Program-made: the position numbers and the translations under genes
From: Takakia lepidozioides
Lineage: Eukaryota > Plantae > Bryophyta
Assembly (NCBI GenBank): GCA_030704615.1
Contig: CM060733.1
Coordinates: 67,456,001 to 67,520,000, forward strand
Direction: 5' to 3'
DNA: 64,000 nucleotides
The notes under the pieces: model-generated
The model's database searches: none
What the model was told of the DNA's origin: nothing
The model's input: the letters and a program-made list of their open reading frames with translations, nothing else
In this document: piece by piece, positions 38,001 to 49,326 of the stretch
Numbering within the stretch: position 1 is the first letter of the stretch
Layout of the letters: the number at the start of each line of letters is the position of its first letter

Positions 38001-39882
38001 TATTGCCGTTCAGGGACGTAGCCATTTTCGGGCTAAGTCCCTAGGGTGGCTGGCCCTGAACTGGAAATTCGGCGCCATTTTCCAGTTCTAGGCCCTATTG
38101 CCGTCAGGGACTTAGCCATTTTCGGGCTAAGTCCCTAGGGTGGCTGGCCCTGAACTGGAAATTAGGCGCCATTTTTCCAGTTCTAGGCCCTATTGCGGTT
38201 CTGGGACTTAGCCATCTTCGGGCCAAACCGGGAAAAATGGCGCCGAATTTCCAGTTCAGGGCTCCCAAGATGGCTAAGTCCCTAGGGTGGCAGTCACCGA
38301 AAACCGAAATTCGGCGCCATTTTTCCATTTCTAGGCCCACTCACATCCGCCCCAACCTGGGAAAATGGTGCCGAATATGCATTTCAGGGACCTCATTGTG
38401 TTTTTCATGAATGCAGGTACTGCAAGTTCTCCCTTTTGGAGGAAGGTCATCTGTCTTTCGAGCCACCATTCTTCCTGGCATGGAGGAACCCTGGGGCTGA
38501 CTCCATGTACACTGACGATATTGTGAAGGAGTGGCATCTGGAACATTTGCGTGATTGCCCTTGGTATGTGGACCTTCCGCCCGGCTCGCTCACCCCGGTC
38601 CTCCTCATAAAATGGTTCTGCATCAGTTTACAGGGGTTGCAAACAGAGGGCCAAAGTGTAAGTTATCAATCTATTGCATTCACTTCATATTGTGGTGTAT
38701 GTTAAGTAGACCCTGGAGTTGATCCCCTCTTTGTTGGATGTGCAGACATTGGTGTTTGAGGCATATTGCTTTGTGAAGAGAGGGTCTACATTCAAATTCC
38801 GCAACGACGGTCGTCTTGTTGATGCCGTTGTGGACCCTGTAACCTACGATGTCCTCTACAACTATGTGCCCCACTCCAGTATGCCGAAGGACACAAAGAC
38901 AGGCAAACCGTGGCGGTACAGCCGGACCCGGAGCCCTGCTTTCATCCAAACCCTCATGGAGACGTGCTCGGATGTCCAAGGGCGGATTCTGGACCTCACA
39001 TGCGGCACGGGTAAGCCTTCACGTGCTCAGTTTGTCCCTTGGCCCGATTGCAATTACATGCCGCAAGCTATTAACCGCCCGCTTTGTTCCTCAGGTGCTT
39101 CAATGTGGGCAGGGACGTTGTCCGACTGGCATGTGTTCGCCTTCGAGCCAGATACTGCCCTCCACAACTCGGAACTTGCAGCGGCTGAACGTCTGCCGAA
39201 AGCGGAAGAGGCATCCTCGGAGGATGAGGAAAAATCCGAGAAGGAGCAGGGGGAGGAAGTTGGGATCGAGGCCGAGGAGCCCCCGGTTTACGAGTGAGTG
39301 GTCGCATTGTAAGTTGCTTCCAGATTTCATGAGGCACCTCCCTCCGCTCTCTTATTTCATTGAAAACCCTTTCTGGTTGTGCTGGTATTGACATTCTTGA
39401 AGTGGATTTGTTCTTACTGTAGGATGCCAAGTACTGCCGGAGGGACGTCTACACCGGAGTTCATGGGCAGGAGGAACGTGCCTTTTTTTGCCAAGGGGGA
39501 TTTCATGCTTAGTCCAGAAAGGGAGTACATCCTTCCTACTTATGCTGCCCAGCTTGCTTCGGTGTCCATTAGGAGGTATTCCGAACCTAGTCGTGTACAG
39601 CAGATTTTAGACGAGGCAAGCCTCAAGAAAATGAAGATGAGGGAGGAGGCAGCAGCTATTAGAGCCCGTCGGGCTCATAGATTTGTCTTGGATTCTGCTG
39701 AGGAAAGTGGGGGAGAAGACGCAGAAGATTCCCAGGAGGTGAGGTGGACAGTCCCCCAAGGAGAGGACGGGATTTTTGAGAGGCATAGTGGAACTGATGC
39801 ATCACAGAGCTCGGAGGATGAGGGGGATGAGGGGGATGAGGAAGAAGGTGGGGCAAGTTCCTCGGAGGGTGTAGGAGAGTAG
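35072..39882 (+). pseudogene. Multi-exon ParB/Srx-like + N4/N6 MTase-like fusion gene of element B
   Basis: KLRIPLCRL...VVRP...FYVS...FYVWDDNHRLLAW; middle exons colinear with A (TWY.LS, LEKLHRLA, RDCPWYVDLPP); PWRYSRTRSPAFIQTLMETCSDVQGRILDLTCGTG/ASMWAGTLSDWHVFAFEPD; acidic tail. Confidence 0.82.
37818..38380. repeat. Intronic tandem array (about 95-bp unit, 4 copies plus inverted partials) containing GGAAATTCGGCGCCATTTT
   Basis: ctggaaatt(c/a)ggcgccattt at 37871, 37966, 38061 and 38155. Confidence 0.9.
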
Positions 39883-40702
39883 TGCCCATTCCGGCTATGA
39901 CAGTTAGAACACACTTGTATAGACGTGGCTTGCCACAAAATTTGCAATAAAATGTTGCATTTCAAGTCCACTGGTGCTACATTCCAACTTCACATGACCC
40001 TATTTCCGTGCCTCCTAACCCTATTTCCGTGGACTCACAATGGTCTGCTCATGTTTTTTTTTTTTCCGCTCATGCTCATGCCGCTCATGAAATAGCAGCC
40101 CCCATTCACATCAATTCGTCGGCGGTGCAATGATATGGCCTCCAACTATATGGAGTGAGCTCTGAGTGGCAACTTTTAAAGCACGTTTGTCATTGCACCG
40201 TTCGAAGTCTACATGTCTTGTTGTCGCTATGCACTCCAATCATCTTTTGAAGATGATCCTAACTCTCATTGTTATTTGAGGAGGGAGGAAGGTCTTCCCG
40301 TGGCAGCCTTATGGCGCACACTTTGTGAGGATATTTTCTCGTCCTCGTAATTGTAAAAGTAAAACAAGCATTTGTAATTGTACAATGTTGGATGCTACAA
40401 TTGTAGGCCTCATGGTAGTCTTGATTCTATTTAGGCAAGATTCCCTACATTAATTCCACGGTCATAGGACCATCCTCGGTTATAGGCGGCGCATGTTAAT
40501 GTTGACGTGGCAGATGACGGACAGTGCCACATCATCATTTGCCGCCACATCAGCATGCTGACATGACGCTCACGCCACGTCAGCGTGGGTGCAGGCTCAC
40601 GCCACGTCAGCGTGGGTGCAGGCTCACGCCACGTCACTCCTGCGTGAGCGTACGCATGCGCGCTCACGCCATTGCGTCGTTGACATACATATGTGGTGTG
40701 GC

Positions 40703-43700
40703 TCACTTTTTGTAAGTGACAGTGTCCACGTTGTCCATTTCCTCCATGGGTGTTCTTCTTTTGTGGTGATATGGCTTAAGATCCCTCCTGCTTCTTGTCC
40801 AAGTCTTCCCCGACCCATCCTTCAGTGTGCATCTGCACTCGGCCTCCATGCCTGTGGGCAGATTTTCATGATCATTGTATCCCACAAAGGTCTATGGTCC
40901 TTCCAGGGACTGGTCATGACACCCTTCTTTCCTGGTCTTAGCATCATGATCAGTGATCCTGCTTTCAGCACAGCATATTCATGGCCCGAATTGTGCCTCC
41001 TCTCATAGTCCCTGACCTGCTGTCTTTGTCCCATTTTAACGTTAGCCTTGAGTTCTAGTTCAGCCAAGAACTTTACTTTGTCTTGTAGCTGCTGAGCAAT
41101 TGCTGCCGGAGAATCATCTATATTCACCACTTGGGTGAGATTTTGTAACCTATTATCCACACCCAGCCTTGGCACTCGCCCTGTCAACACTTGAAATGGT
41201 GAAAATCGTGTGGTAGATTGTATTGACATCCGGTAGCCCAAGAGAGCCCTGTATAAATTTTGGTCCCACTCAGCATCCCCAAGCACTCCCAGTGTTGTGA
41301 TGCTTTGCTTCAAGGTCTTGATGATCCTCTCGACCATCCCATTGCATTGTGGCCAGTACGGTGCGCTGTGTTTGCGTCTTCCAAAATCTGTCACATACTT
41401 TGGCAAACTCACCTCCCCACTCAGATCCATTATCAGAAAGAATCACCACAGGACACCCATATCTGCTAATTATCTCTTCTTCCATAAATCTAGCCGTTAG
41501 AGTTGTAGAATGACCTGACACTGGGCATGCATGCCTCCACCCACTTGGAATAGTGGTCAATGGCCACCAATACATATTTGTTTTCTCTTTTGGTGACTGG
41601 AAAAGGGCCTGCCGTGTCAATGGCTATTCGGTAGAACAGATCAACAATGGGAATGTTATTAAGTCTAGATGAACCTGAACGTACCAAGCCCTTGTGACTG
41701 GCACTCTGACACTCTGGACATTTTAGCAGCATGTTGCAGATCAGCTGGGTTTGGTTGTGCCAGAAGTATCTCCTGCAAATCTCCTCGTGTTTTTCGCACT
41801 CCCAAATGTCCAATTATGGTGTGGAGATCCAGAATTATTGCTTGGCGGTTTGCTTTTGGTGGCACAAGTTTGCCCTCATAGAAGACTTCCCCTTTTGCGT
41901 AGGAGTAATGCCTGGCCCGGCGTACAGCTCGTGCTTTCTCCTCCTGACTCAAGTAGTCATTTGGCTCACCAAATGCAAGTATATGCATGCATTCAATATT
42001 GTCAAGTATGTCAGACTGTACTTCCTCCCGATGTGTGCACATTTCCTCCTCATCATTGCACACTGTGGCACCTTCTCCTAGCTGCTCAGCTTCCAAAAGT
42101 AAGTTACTTGTTCCTTTTTGGTGGGAGTCACCCACATTCCTCTCCCCTTTGACAAAAACATCTCATCATTCATGGTTCTGGTAGTCCTTCATCCAGGTTG
42201 CTCCGCCAGTGAGCTCTGTCATCCATGATGCTGGCAGGAGACCTTGCTTGAGAGCCCAAGCCCATGCTGCAGCCTTCTTCTCTTGGCTGTCTTGCCTGGT
42301 CTTTATGGCTGTTGCCACTGCTGGAGGTTTTTGAGAGAGAGGTATCCACTCCTGGCACTGTAAACTTGCTGGTGTCATATCCCTGTGCGGTGGCGCCATG
42401 CAGCTCTTCCAATCGCTGCTTCCCTTTTCTCGTCTGCACCACATTAATTGTGGGCAACATGCTGGGCCCCCAATCATTTAATGGCCTCTCCTTCTGTTCT
42501 CTCCGTTTCCCGCGCACTGTGCTCATTGCTGATTCAGAGTTAGCCGCCCCTCCGTGCTCCATTCCTTAGTTCCGGGTTGTCACAAACTGAATCACCTATA
42601 CTGATTGGTATGGCTCCCATGCTAGCTGATTCAGACAAATCCGCAACAGGCTTCCCCCGATCTGTCATGTTTTCATTGGGGCCAATGTCAGTTGTGCACC
42701 TCCCTAGCTCAGATGCACATCCCCCAACATTGCTGTCACCTGGAGCCTGTACTGACAACAAAATGCCCTTCATAGCTACAACAAGCTGCATGGCCATCTC
42801 GCATTCATCAGCCTGAGTTGCATTCTTTTCTGTACTCTGGCCACCCTCCATCTTATGAATTACACCATGCAGGAGGGGCACCATGTTCCACACACCCTCT
42901 TCATCATTCAGATCGTCCAGATCAAATTGTTTGGCCAGGGTGTGGCCTTCATCAGCCCGGCCCACTACCGTTGGCAGATTCTCGATCATCCTACCAGCAG
43001 CTGGCGGCTTGGCACACCCTTTGCCTGTCTCTGTTGCATTCTGTTCTACAGTCATCATGTTGATGGTGGGTATGGCACCGCCCCACTCTTCCCTAGGGGA
43101 TTGTGCATACACCATCGGCCACCCGCCATAATGCTTGGGCTCAACAGCTGCCTTTGCTTCATCACATTTTCTTGCCTCCTCCTGATCCAGTGCAGACTGC
43201 CTTACATCCGTCGTGTGGCCAGAGTGTAGGCCGCTGCTACAACTTCTCCAAGTGACAAATGCAGCTATCCTTGGCTGCTTGTGGTGGGTTTCATGTTCGA
43301 CAGATGCCCTTGCCCCACCAGTTGCTGTTGCCTCCCCTTCACGTGGTGCAGTGCTCACCTTCCTGCACTTAAAATCTCCTGCCAGATAGTCTTCACACAC
43401 AACTTTCTCACATTTACTGACATTTTGCAACACTTCATTGTCATCCAAACTCACTATTTTCTTCTTATTATGGGCTGTGCCCCCAAGGGTGCCCGTCCCC
43501 TTCAGGCTTCCCTTGACAATGTCACCCTTCTCAAGGTGCCTCTCTATACAGCTGGTTTCTACAAATTCAAACACAAAATCCTCTAGCCCGTTCTTGCCCT
43601 TATGGTGCCCTGACCAGAGCCACCTGTAAGGGTCCAGATTAGTTAGCACATAGAAATGTTGCCCCTCCAGTTGTTCCCTAAAGTACCCAAATGCCCACTC

Positions 43701-44270
43701 GTTCGTCTAATACTCTTCTCTCTTAAAAGCAAGGTTGCATGGGTCTAATTCACACAACACCTCTCTGAAGACTTGAGACTCCAGCCTTTTACCTTCCTGC
43801 CCACACCAATACAATCTAGCATGTGCATATCCTAGAGAGATCACTATCTCAAGAAGAAAGAAACCCTTAGAGTTATTTCTCTCCTTGTCCCTACACATCA
43901 TTGTACTGTTGGTTCTGATTTGCGCGGTGCTTGCAGCACTGGGGCCTTTCTGCATGTGTGCAGCCTTCCAGACCACAACATAACACTCGCTTACACTAGG
44001 TTGGCCTATTGGCTGTACATCCAATAAGGCCTTACCCATAGCCACCAATACTGGCTCATGATCTTGAGTTTCTTGGCAAAACAGGGCTCCCTCACTCCGT
44101 TGCAAATCCGTCTCTGGATTCACCAGGCATTCATGCTCACGCGTGCATATACTAGCCCATCGATACCCATTGCCCTTCCTTGATGGTGAGAAACGTTTCT
44201 ATCCTCGGCCCTTCTTCCACTCAACCGTTTCCATAGCCTGGACCCTTCAGCTTGCCTTGTATACTACTGG
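40703..44270 (-). mobile_element. Degenerate Ty3/Gypsy internal region with integrase (40703-42135)
   Basis: LHTIIGHLGVRKT...YFW...CPEC zinc finger; IAIDTAGPF...LVAIDHYSKWVEA, ILSDNGSE, PQCNGMVER catalytic core; frameshifted. Confidence 0.85.
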
Positions 44271-44274
44271 CACC

Positions 44275-45147
44275 GAGGTTTACTATTTCATGAGCCCATG
44301 AGCCCATGAGCTCACGAGCTGGCATCCACGGAATTGGAATTTTCGTGCCTTTATTGACGGTATTAGGTCCTCATACCTCGATAATAGGGTATGTTTCTCC
44401 CGGTCCAGGATGCGGAATGAGGTATTTCGGCGTCGTTATTCCACGTCACGACTGTAAAATTGTGCAGGACAGGAAAGAGACACAAACTTGTAGCCCTCAC
44501 AAGCCATGGTACTGACAGGGTAATATATTTAGGGTCAGACGACAGTTGAACTTGCAAACCCCATTCAACACAACATCAACCCCACATTGACATGACAGAA
44601 AATTGCCATACACGCTCGAAATACAAACATCAGGAAACTAGAAGTTTTTATTTTGTAGAGCGACAACTCTGAGCTTCCATCATCAGAAAATGGACCACTG
44701 CGGCATAAAAAACCTGTGGAACTACCATAACCCGGAGCCTGTGCCCTCCAATCACCCTCCACAATGATCCTTAACGCTCTATGCTGCTGCGTTGACATCC
44801 ACAACACGAACCACCGAGTCGTCGAACCACAGGTCCAGAATTAGGAGTGGCACGGTAGTCGTCCACTGCGCATTGTCATTTTCTGGATTAAGATAGCACA
44901 CATAAAGATACAAGATATCTATAGAGGTCACGTTTGTGAAAACATGCAGATATTGGAGGCCAGGTGGGACCTCCTCCACAACGTCGTGAAATGCGCAAAC
45001 ATCCAGGACAAACTTGTTCCAATTCTCCCTTAGTGTCAACAATATATTCCCTGGCCCAGAAGAGTGACTGAGCAACTCAAGAGCCCTATCCGGGAGCAAA
45101 TACTGTGGAGGTGCAGTATAGTTATGGTAGTAAAACCTCTAGAACTT
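44275..45147. mobile_element. One end of a third MULE related to element B (other end not found)
   Basis: GAGGTTTACTATTTCATGAGCCCATGAGCCCATGAGC nearly matches the left TIR of B; followed by an unassigned minus-strand ORF remnant 44779-45099. Confidence 0.6.
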
Positions 45148-47599
45148 TGATAACGGCTATGCTACGAGGGACAGACAACGAGGGTCACAACGGGACATAC
45201 CGGGTAGTGATGGACGTACACTACCTGACCACAGGCAGAGACGGCTAAGTATGTGGTACTTAGCCAATGGCGGGACAAAGGTACATTACCACGAGAGTAG
45301 TAGTGGGTAGTGTAGTAACCGTGGGCCGTGAACCACGATATCACACGGCCACGTTAGCATTGGCTTTAACCAATAGAAGGAGTAGTGGACCCTTTACCAC
45401 TATGGTTCACGACCACTGCAACGAGCCATTTTTTAGCAAACCTTTTAGGTTGCGTAGGCAGTTAGGCAAACGGTCATTAACGACCGCAGACTGTAACGGC
45501 TCTTTCAAGCATAGTATAAAAAGGTTGCACGCGACTTAGAGGAAGAGCAATATGAGTATGAGTATCAGTGATCAGTGCGTATTGAGTGTGTACTTCTGTG
45601 ACGATGTGACGAACTCTGAAGTAAAGCCATTCTATTTGAAGTATCTCTTTGTAGAGTGAATGTGAGATGGAGAGAATGTGCATTATGAGGGAACGTGAGA
45701 TGGTGAGAATGTGTATCATCTCAAGATAGTTCTTGTTTTGCCTTGACTATCAATTGTTGTATGAATGGAATGACTTCAGTCTTTACGACTACAATCTCTC
45801 ATATCAAAGAGACTGTAAGTTGAGCTTAATCAATAGGATTAAGCAACCTCCAAGGAGATAAATTCATACGATGTTCATGGTTTAGTTATCCTTAAAACGA
45901 TTACTTCGTAATCGTTTATGAAAGCATACCGTCGGACAACCTCTGTTGCATGTCTTAGGAAATGGGCAGTAGTGATGATAGCCTGTTTTGTCTAAGTCAT
46001 AAACCAGCGGTTAACATTTGGCGACCATACTGGGGACTAACGGTATGTTGAGTTCAAGAGTACTCAAAGAAGGATGGTTACTCAGTGATTTATTGAAATC
46101 ACGACAGAACGAGTCAACGGAAGCAAAAGAATGGAAAACATTCCTGAAAAAATTTCGTGGTTTACCAATAGCAATACAACAGAAGATCTTTATTTCAGTT
46201 GTGAAATAAGATGACAAATGGGGATTGAAGGGAGGAGTGATCAGTATTACACGAGCACCTTGGGATTCTGAATCAGAAGTGAAGAATGGTTGTCTCGTCT
46301 AGCTTTATTGATTACTCTAATCCCAATCAGAAAAGTTTGCTACACTAGTTATATTTTCAGAGAAGGATGTTCAAATTATGAATATTGTCACACGATCATA
46401 GAAGCAGTGGAGTACTGGATACCCAAAGACTTATTGCAAGTCAGATACACTGAAAAAAACAGATGGTATTATTGTGCCCATTAAAAGTTTGGTGATCAAT
46501 CAGTAAAAAGGAAAATTAAGTCGTAATACAGATTCTGGCAAGATAGGGTAAATCTTTGAAGAAGGGGTAGAGACCACTATAAAATTTATTTATTGACATA
46601 CCAAGATTGTTTAAAGGGTGCCGAAAAGGAATTCTGCATATGATGTGGGAATGAATGAGGAAATTAAAGAAAAGTTAAACAAGACAGAGCTGAACGAATA
46701 GAGAAATATGCTGCAGAAAGGGAGGCTCGGTTAAAAGAAGAGTTCCCACAATTACAAAACTTGAATATTATTCAAGGTGAGACATCAAGACAAATTGATA
46801 GTGATAAACCAGAAGATCAAGAAATCGGATCGGTGGGAAGTGGGAACACTACACCAGAAGAAGTTGCCAGTAATGCACTTGGTGAATGGTTACCACAAGA
46901 AAGATCTAAAGGACCTTTTACAGTAACAAGTCCAAATCGAAGCTTTGCTGAAATATTAGAAGAAAGATTTGATACCATTCTGAGTGAAGAAGGTGAAAGA
47001 AGTGAAACCACTTCTCCAGAAAGGATAACCAGAACCGCACTCAAAGCTTTTAAAGATTCATTAAGCTTAGTAGGGACAACAGCTGGAAGACGGCTATCAT
47101 TGGGACAAGGGCCTCCTAGCTTTGAATCACTGTTTGGAAGACAAACACAACACCACCACAGCCAGCAGCAGCGGGACCATCCCAGTTTGGGCAAACAGTT
47201 GCACCAACAGCACCAGTTGCACCAATGGCTTTAGCAGCAAGCAAAACCAGACCACCATTTCCTTTATATGATGGGAAATCTGATCCAGATATCCATCTTA
47301 ATCAATTTGAGAACATGTGCACCATTTACAATGAAGCAACAGACCAGGAAAAGATCCGATTATTTCCTTATTCAATGGCCCGGAAATGCATTGAATGGTT
47401 GGCAACCTTCCCAGCCAATCACTTTGCGAATTGTGCGGATATGAGAGCCGCGTTTCAAGAAAGATATAGATCCAACAAATCCACGTTTGAAATCTTCACG
47501 GGATTACAGACCTGAGACAAAAAAAGAAAGAATTGGTAGTCGTCTACCTGGAGAGAATGAAGACTCTGATCAGGAAGCTACCTCAAGCACCAGGGGATG
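45148..47599 (+). mobile_element. 5' part of a Ty3/Gypsy LTR retrotransposon: LTR (about 45148-46016), PBS, gag remnant
   Basis: TGATAACGG...CGGTTAACA termini, TATAAAA near 45515, PBS-like TGGCGACCATACTGGGGA at 46019; gag FPLYDGKSDPDIHLNQFE...IRLFPYSM...EWL...F.ERY at 47225-47515. Confidence 0.8.
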
Positions 47600-47955
47600 A
47601 TTTCCCCTTGTGAGGGTTGAGAAGGGCTCATCTTCTTGTAGTTGAGCCTCCATTAGCCTCTCTCACCTCCATAGCTCTAGGTATTGAGAGGGAGTGTGTT
47701 GAGGGCTTTGTAGGGTGGATTCCTTTAGCAGAAGTGCCCTTGGCTTGACTTAGTTTATGTGATAGAGTGGATTTCACTTGGAAGGACTAGGGTTTGTTCT
47801 TAGTGTGATTGCTTCATGCTTGGAGAGTTTTCATTGTCTTCCAATTCCCCCATTTATCATCTCTTATCATTGTGGCACAACTTTCTAGGATTGTGTGCGT
47901 AGAATGTGTGGTGGACAGCGTTGTATGTTGTGGCATGATGCTTAGGTGCACGACA
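47600..47955 (+). mobile_element. Partial LTR of the same family as 18542-19320
   Basis: tttccccttgtgagg...ggctcatcttcttgtagttgagcctcc...gatgcttaggtgcacgaca matches 19021-19320. Confidence 0.85.
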
Positions 47956-49326
47956 AGGCGGTGCCCCCTTTCTCGGCCTCATGGTTTTCCTAGCGAGGTT
48001 ATTTTTTCCTCGTACTCTTTGTATTCTCAATTTTGTGATAAATAAAATTTTCCAGGGCCTCTGTCCCCTGTTTTAAAAGAAAGAAAGAAAAAAGAAAAAA
48101 AAAGGTACATATTAGTTATGGCTTTTATTGGAGCGTTGCAATAGAGGAAGGCTCGGGTTAACCAATGTTTCAAGGGCCACAAGGCAAGATAAGCGTGGCC
48201 CTCCATCATAGTGGGTCGAGAGCAATGGGAAGGTGCCGCGTGGAGTAGCTCCGGTACTGTTTCGCCACCACCTCTCTTTCTTTTTACTACTCTCTCGCTT
48301 GGAAACTTTATTCTTCTCTTTATCGGCTACTCCGGTTCAAATTCTAAATTGGATATTAGAATCTGCGACTTGTTGGGTTCGTCTCGGTTGGAAATCTGGG
48401 AGTGAAGTTGTATTTGGTTATTGAAAGGTGCGGCTCTTTGCGAAGGTCATGCATAAGTCACTGAGGAAGGCAACCAAGGTGCTTGCCCTTGACCCCCGGG
48501 TTATTTATTTCTAGTGCACAAGGATAAATTATTGATGCCTTCGCCACCCATTTGTGTCGAGTCTTCGTAGTAGTTTAGGGAGTTAATTTGAATGCCTGTA
48601 CAAAGATTCGGTCTATATAGGGCTCTAACCTTCTTTAACTTGGTCGAAGACATATCTACGCAATTCAGTCTCGGTCAAGGTTTGAATTTGGTCTTGTTTT
48701 TTTAGTTTGCTAGCAAGTTGAACGACGCGAAAGGTGAATGGTAATTGAACAAACCCAAGCTTCTATTTTCGATAATTGTTACCGTGCTTCATGCGGTAAT
48801 TGGTGGGGAATCACGGAGCCTATCCATTTTTAGGGATTCATCCTAGTATTGCTGCGCAAGGCGTGCAGTTTGGGGCTATACTTTATTTTTCTAACAAGGT
48901 TGTGCAATTTCAAAAGCGATCTAGAGACTTCTAGAATTGGTGTCGTATTCATAGGAGACTTTTGATTTTGCAGCCAAATCAACCAAATTGATTGAAGTCG
49001 CTTTTCAACATGATAGGGTTTCTAGTTAATCGATAGGGCTTATATCTTTTGTTATTTGTCATTTGGTTTCTGATTCACTCCTAGCAGTCCATCTTTATTG
49101 AAAGTTCCCGACACTGGCAGGATCAGGTGGTTGCAACTTAATGAGAAGAGAGAGGGCTCAGAAATCTAAGCGAAGATGTGCACTGATATACCAAATTGTC
49201 TTCAAGTGTGGTGACTGCCATGCCATTCTGAGTCTCATGCTTGGTGGCTACTGTAGGTACTCTTAGAGCAAGTCACCAAAATACAATGACACGCGAGTCG
49301 CCGCTGGTGAGAAGGGGCTGAGAGGC

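Larger units (their letters stand above)
28166..40103. mobile_element. MULE element B, 11938 bp, nested just 3' of the element A transposase
   Basis: TIRs GAGGTTAGCTATTTCATGAGC... and ...GCTCATGAAATAGCAGCCCCC with GCATGAGC iterations; perfect 9-bp TSD ATTCACATC at 28157-28165 and 40104-40112. Confidence 0.93.
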
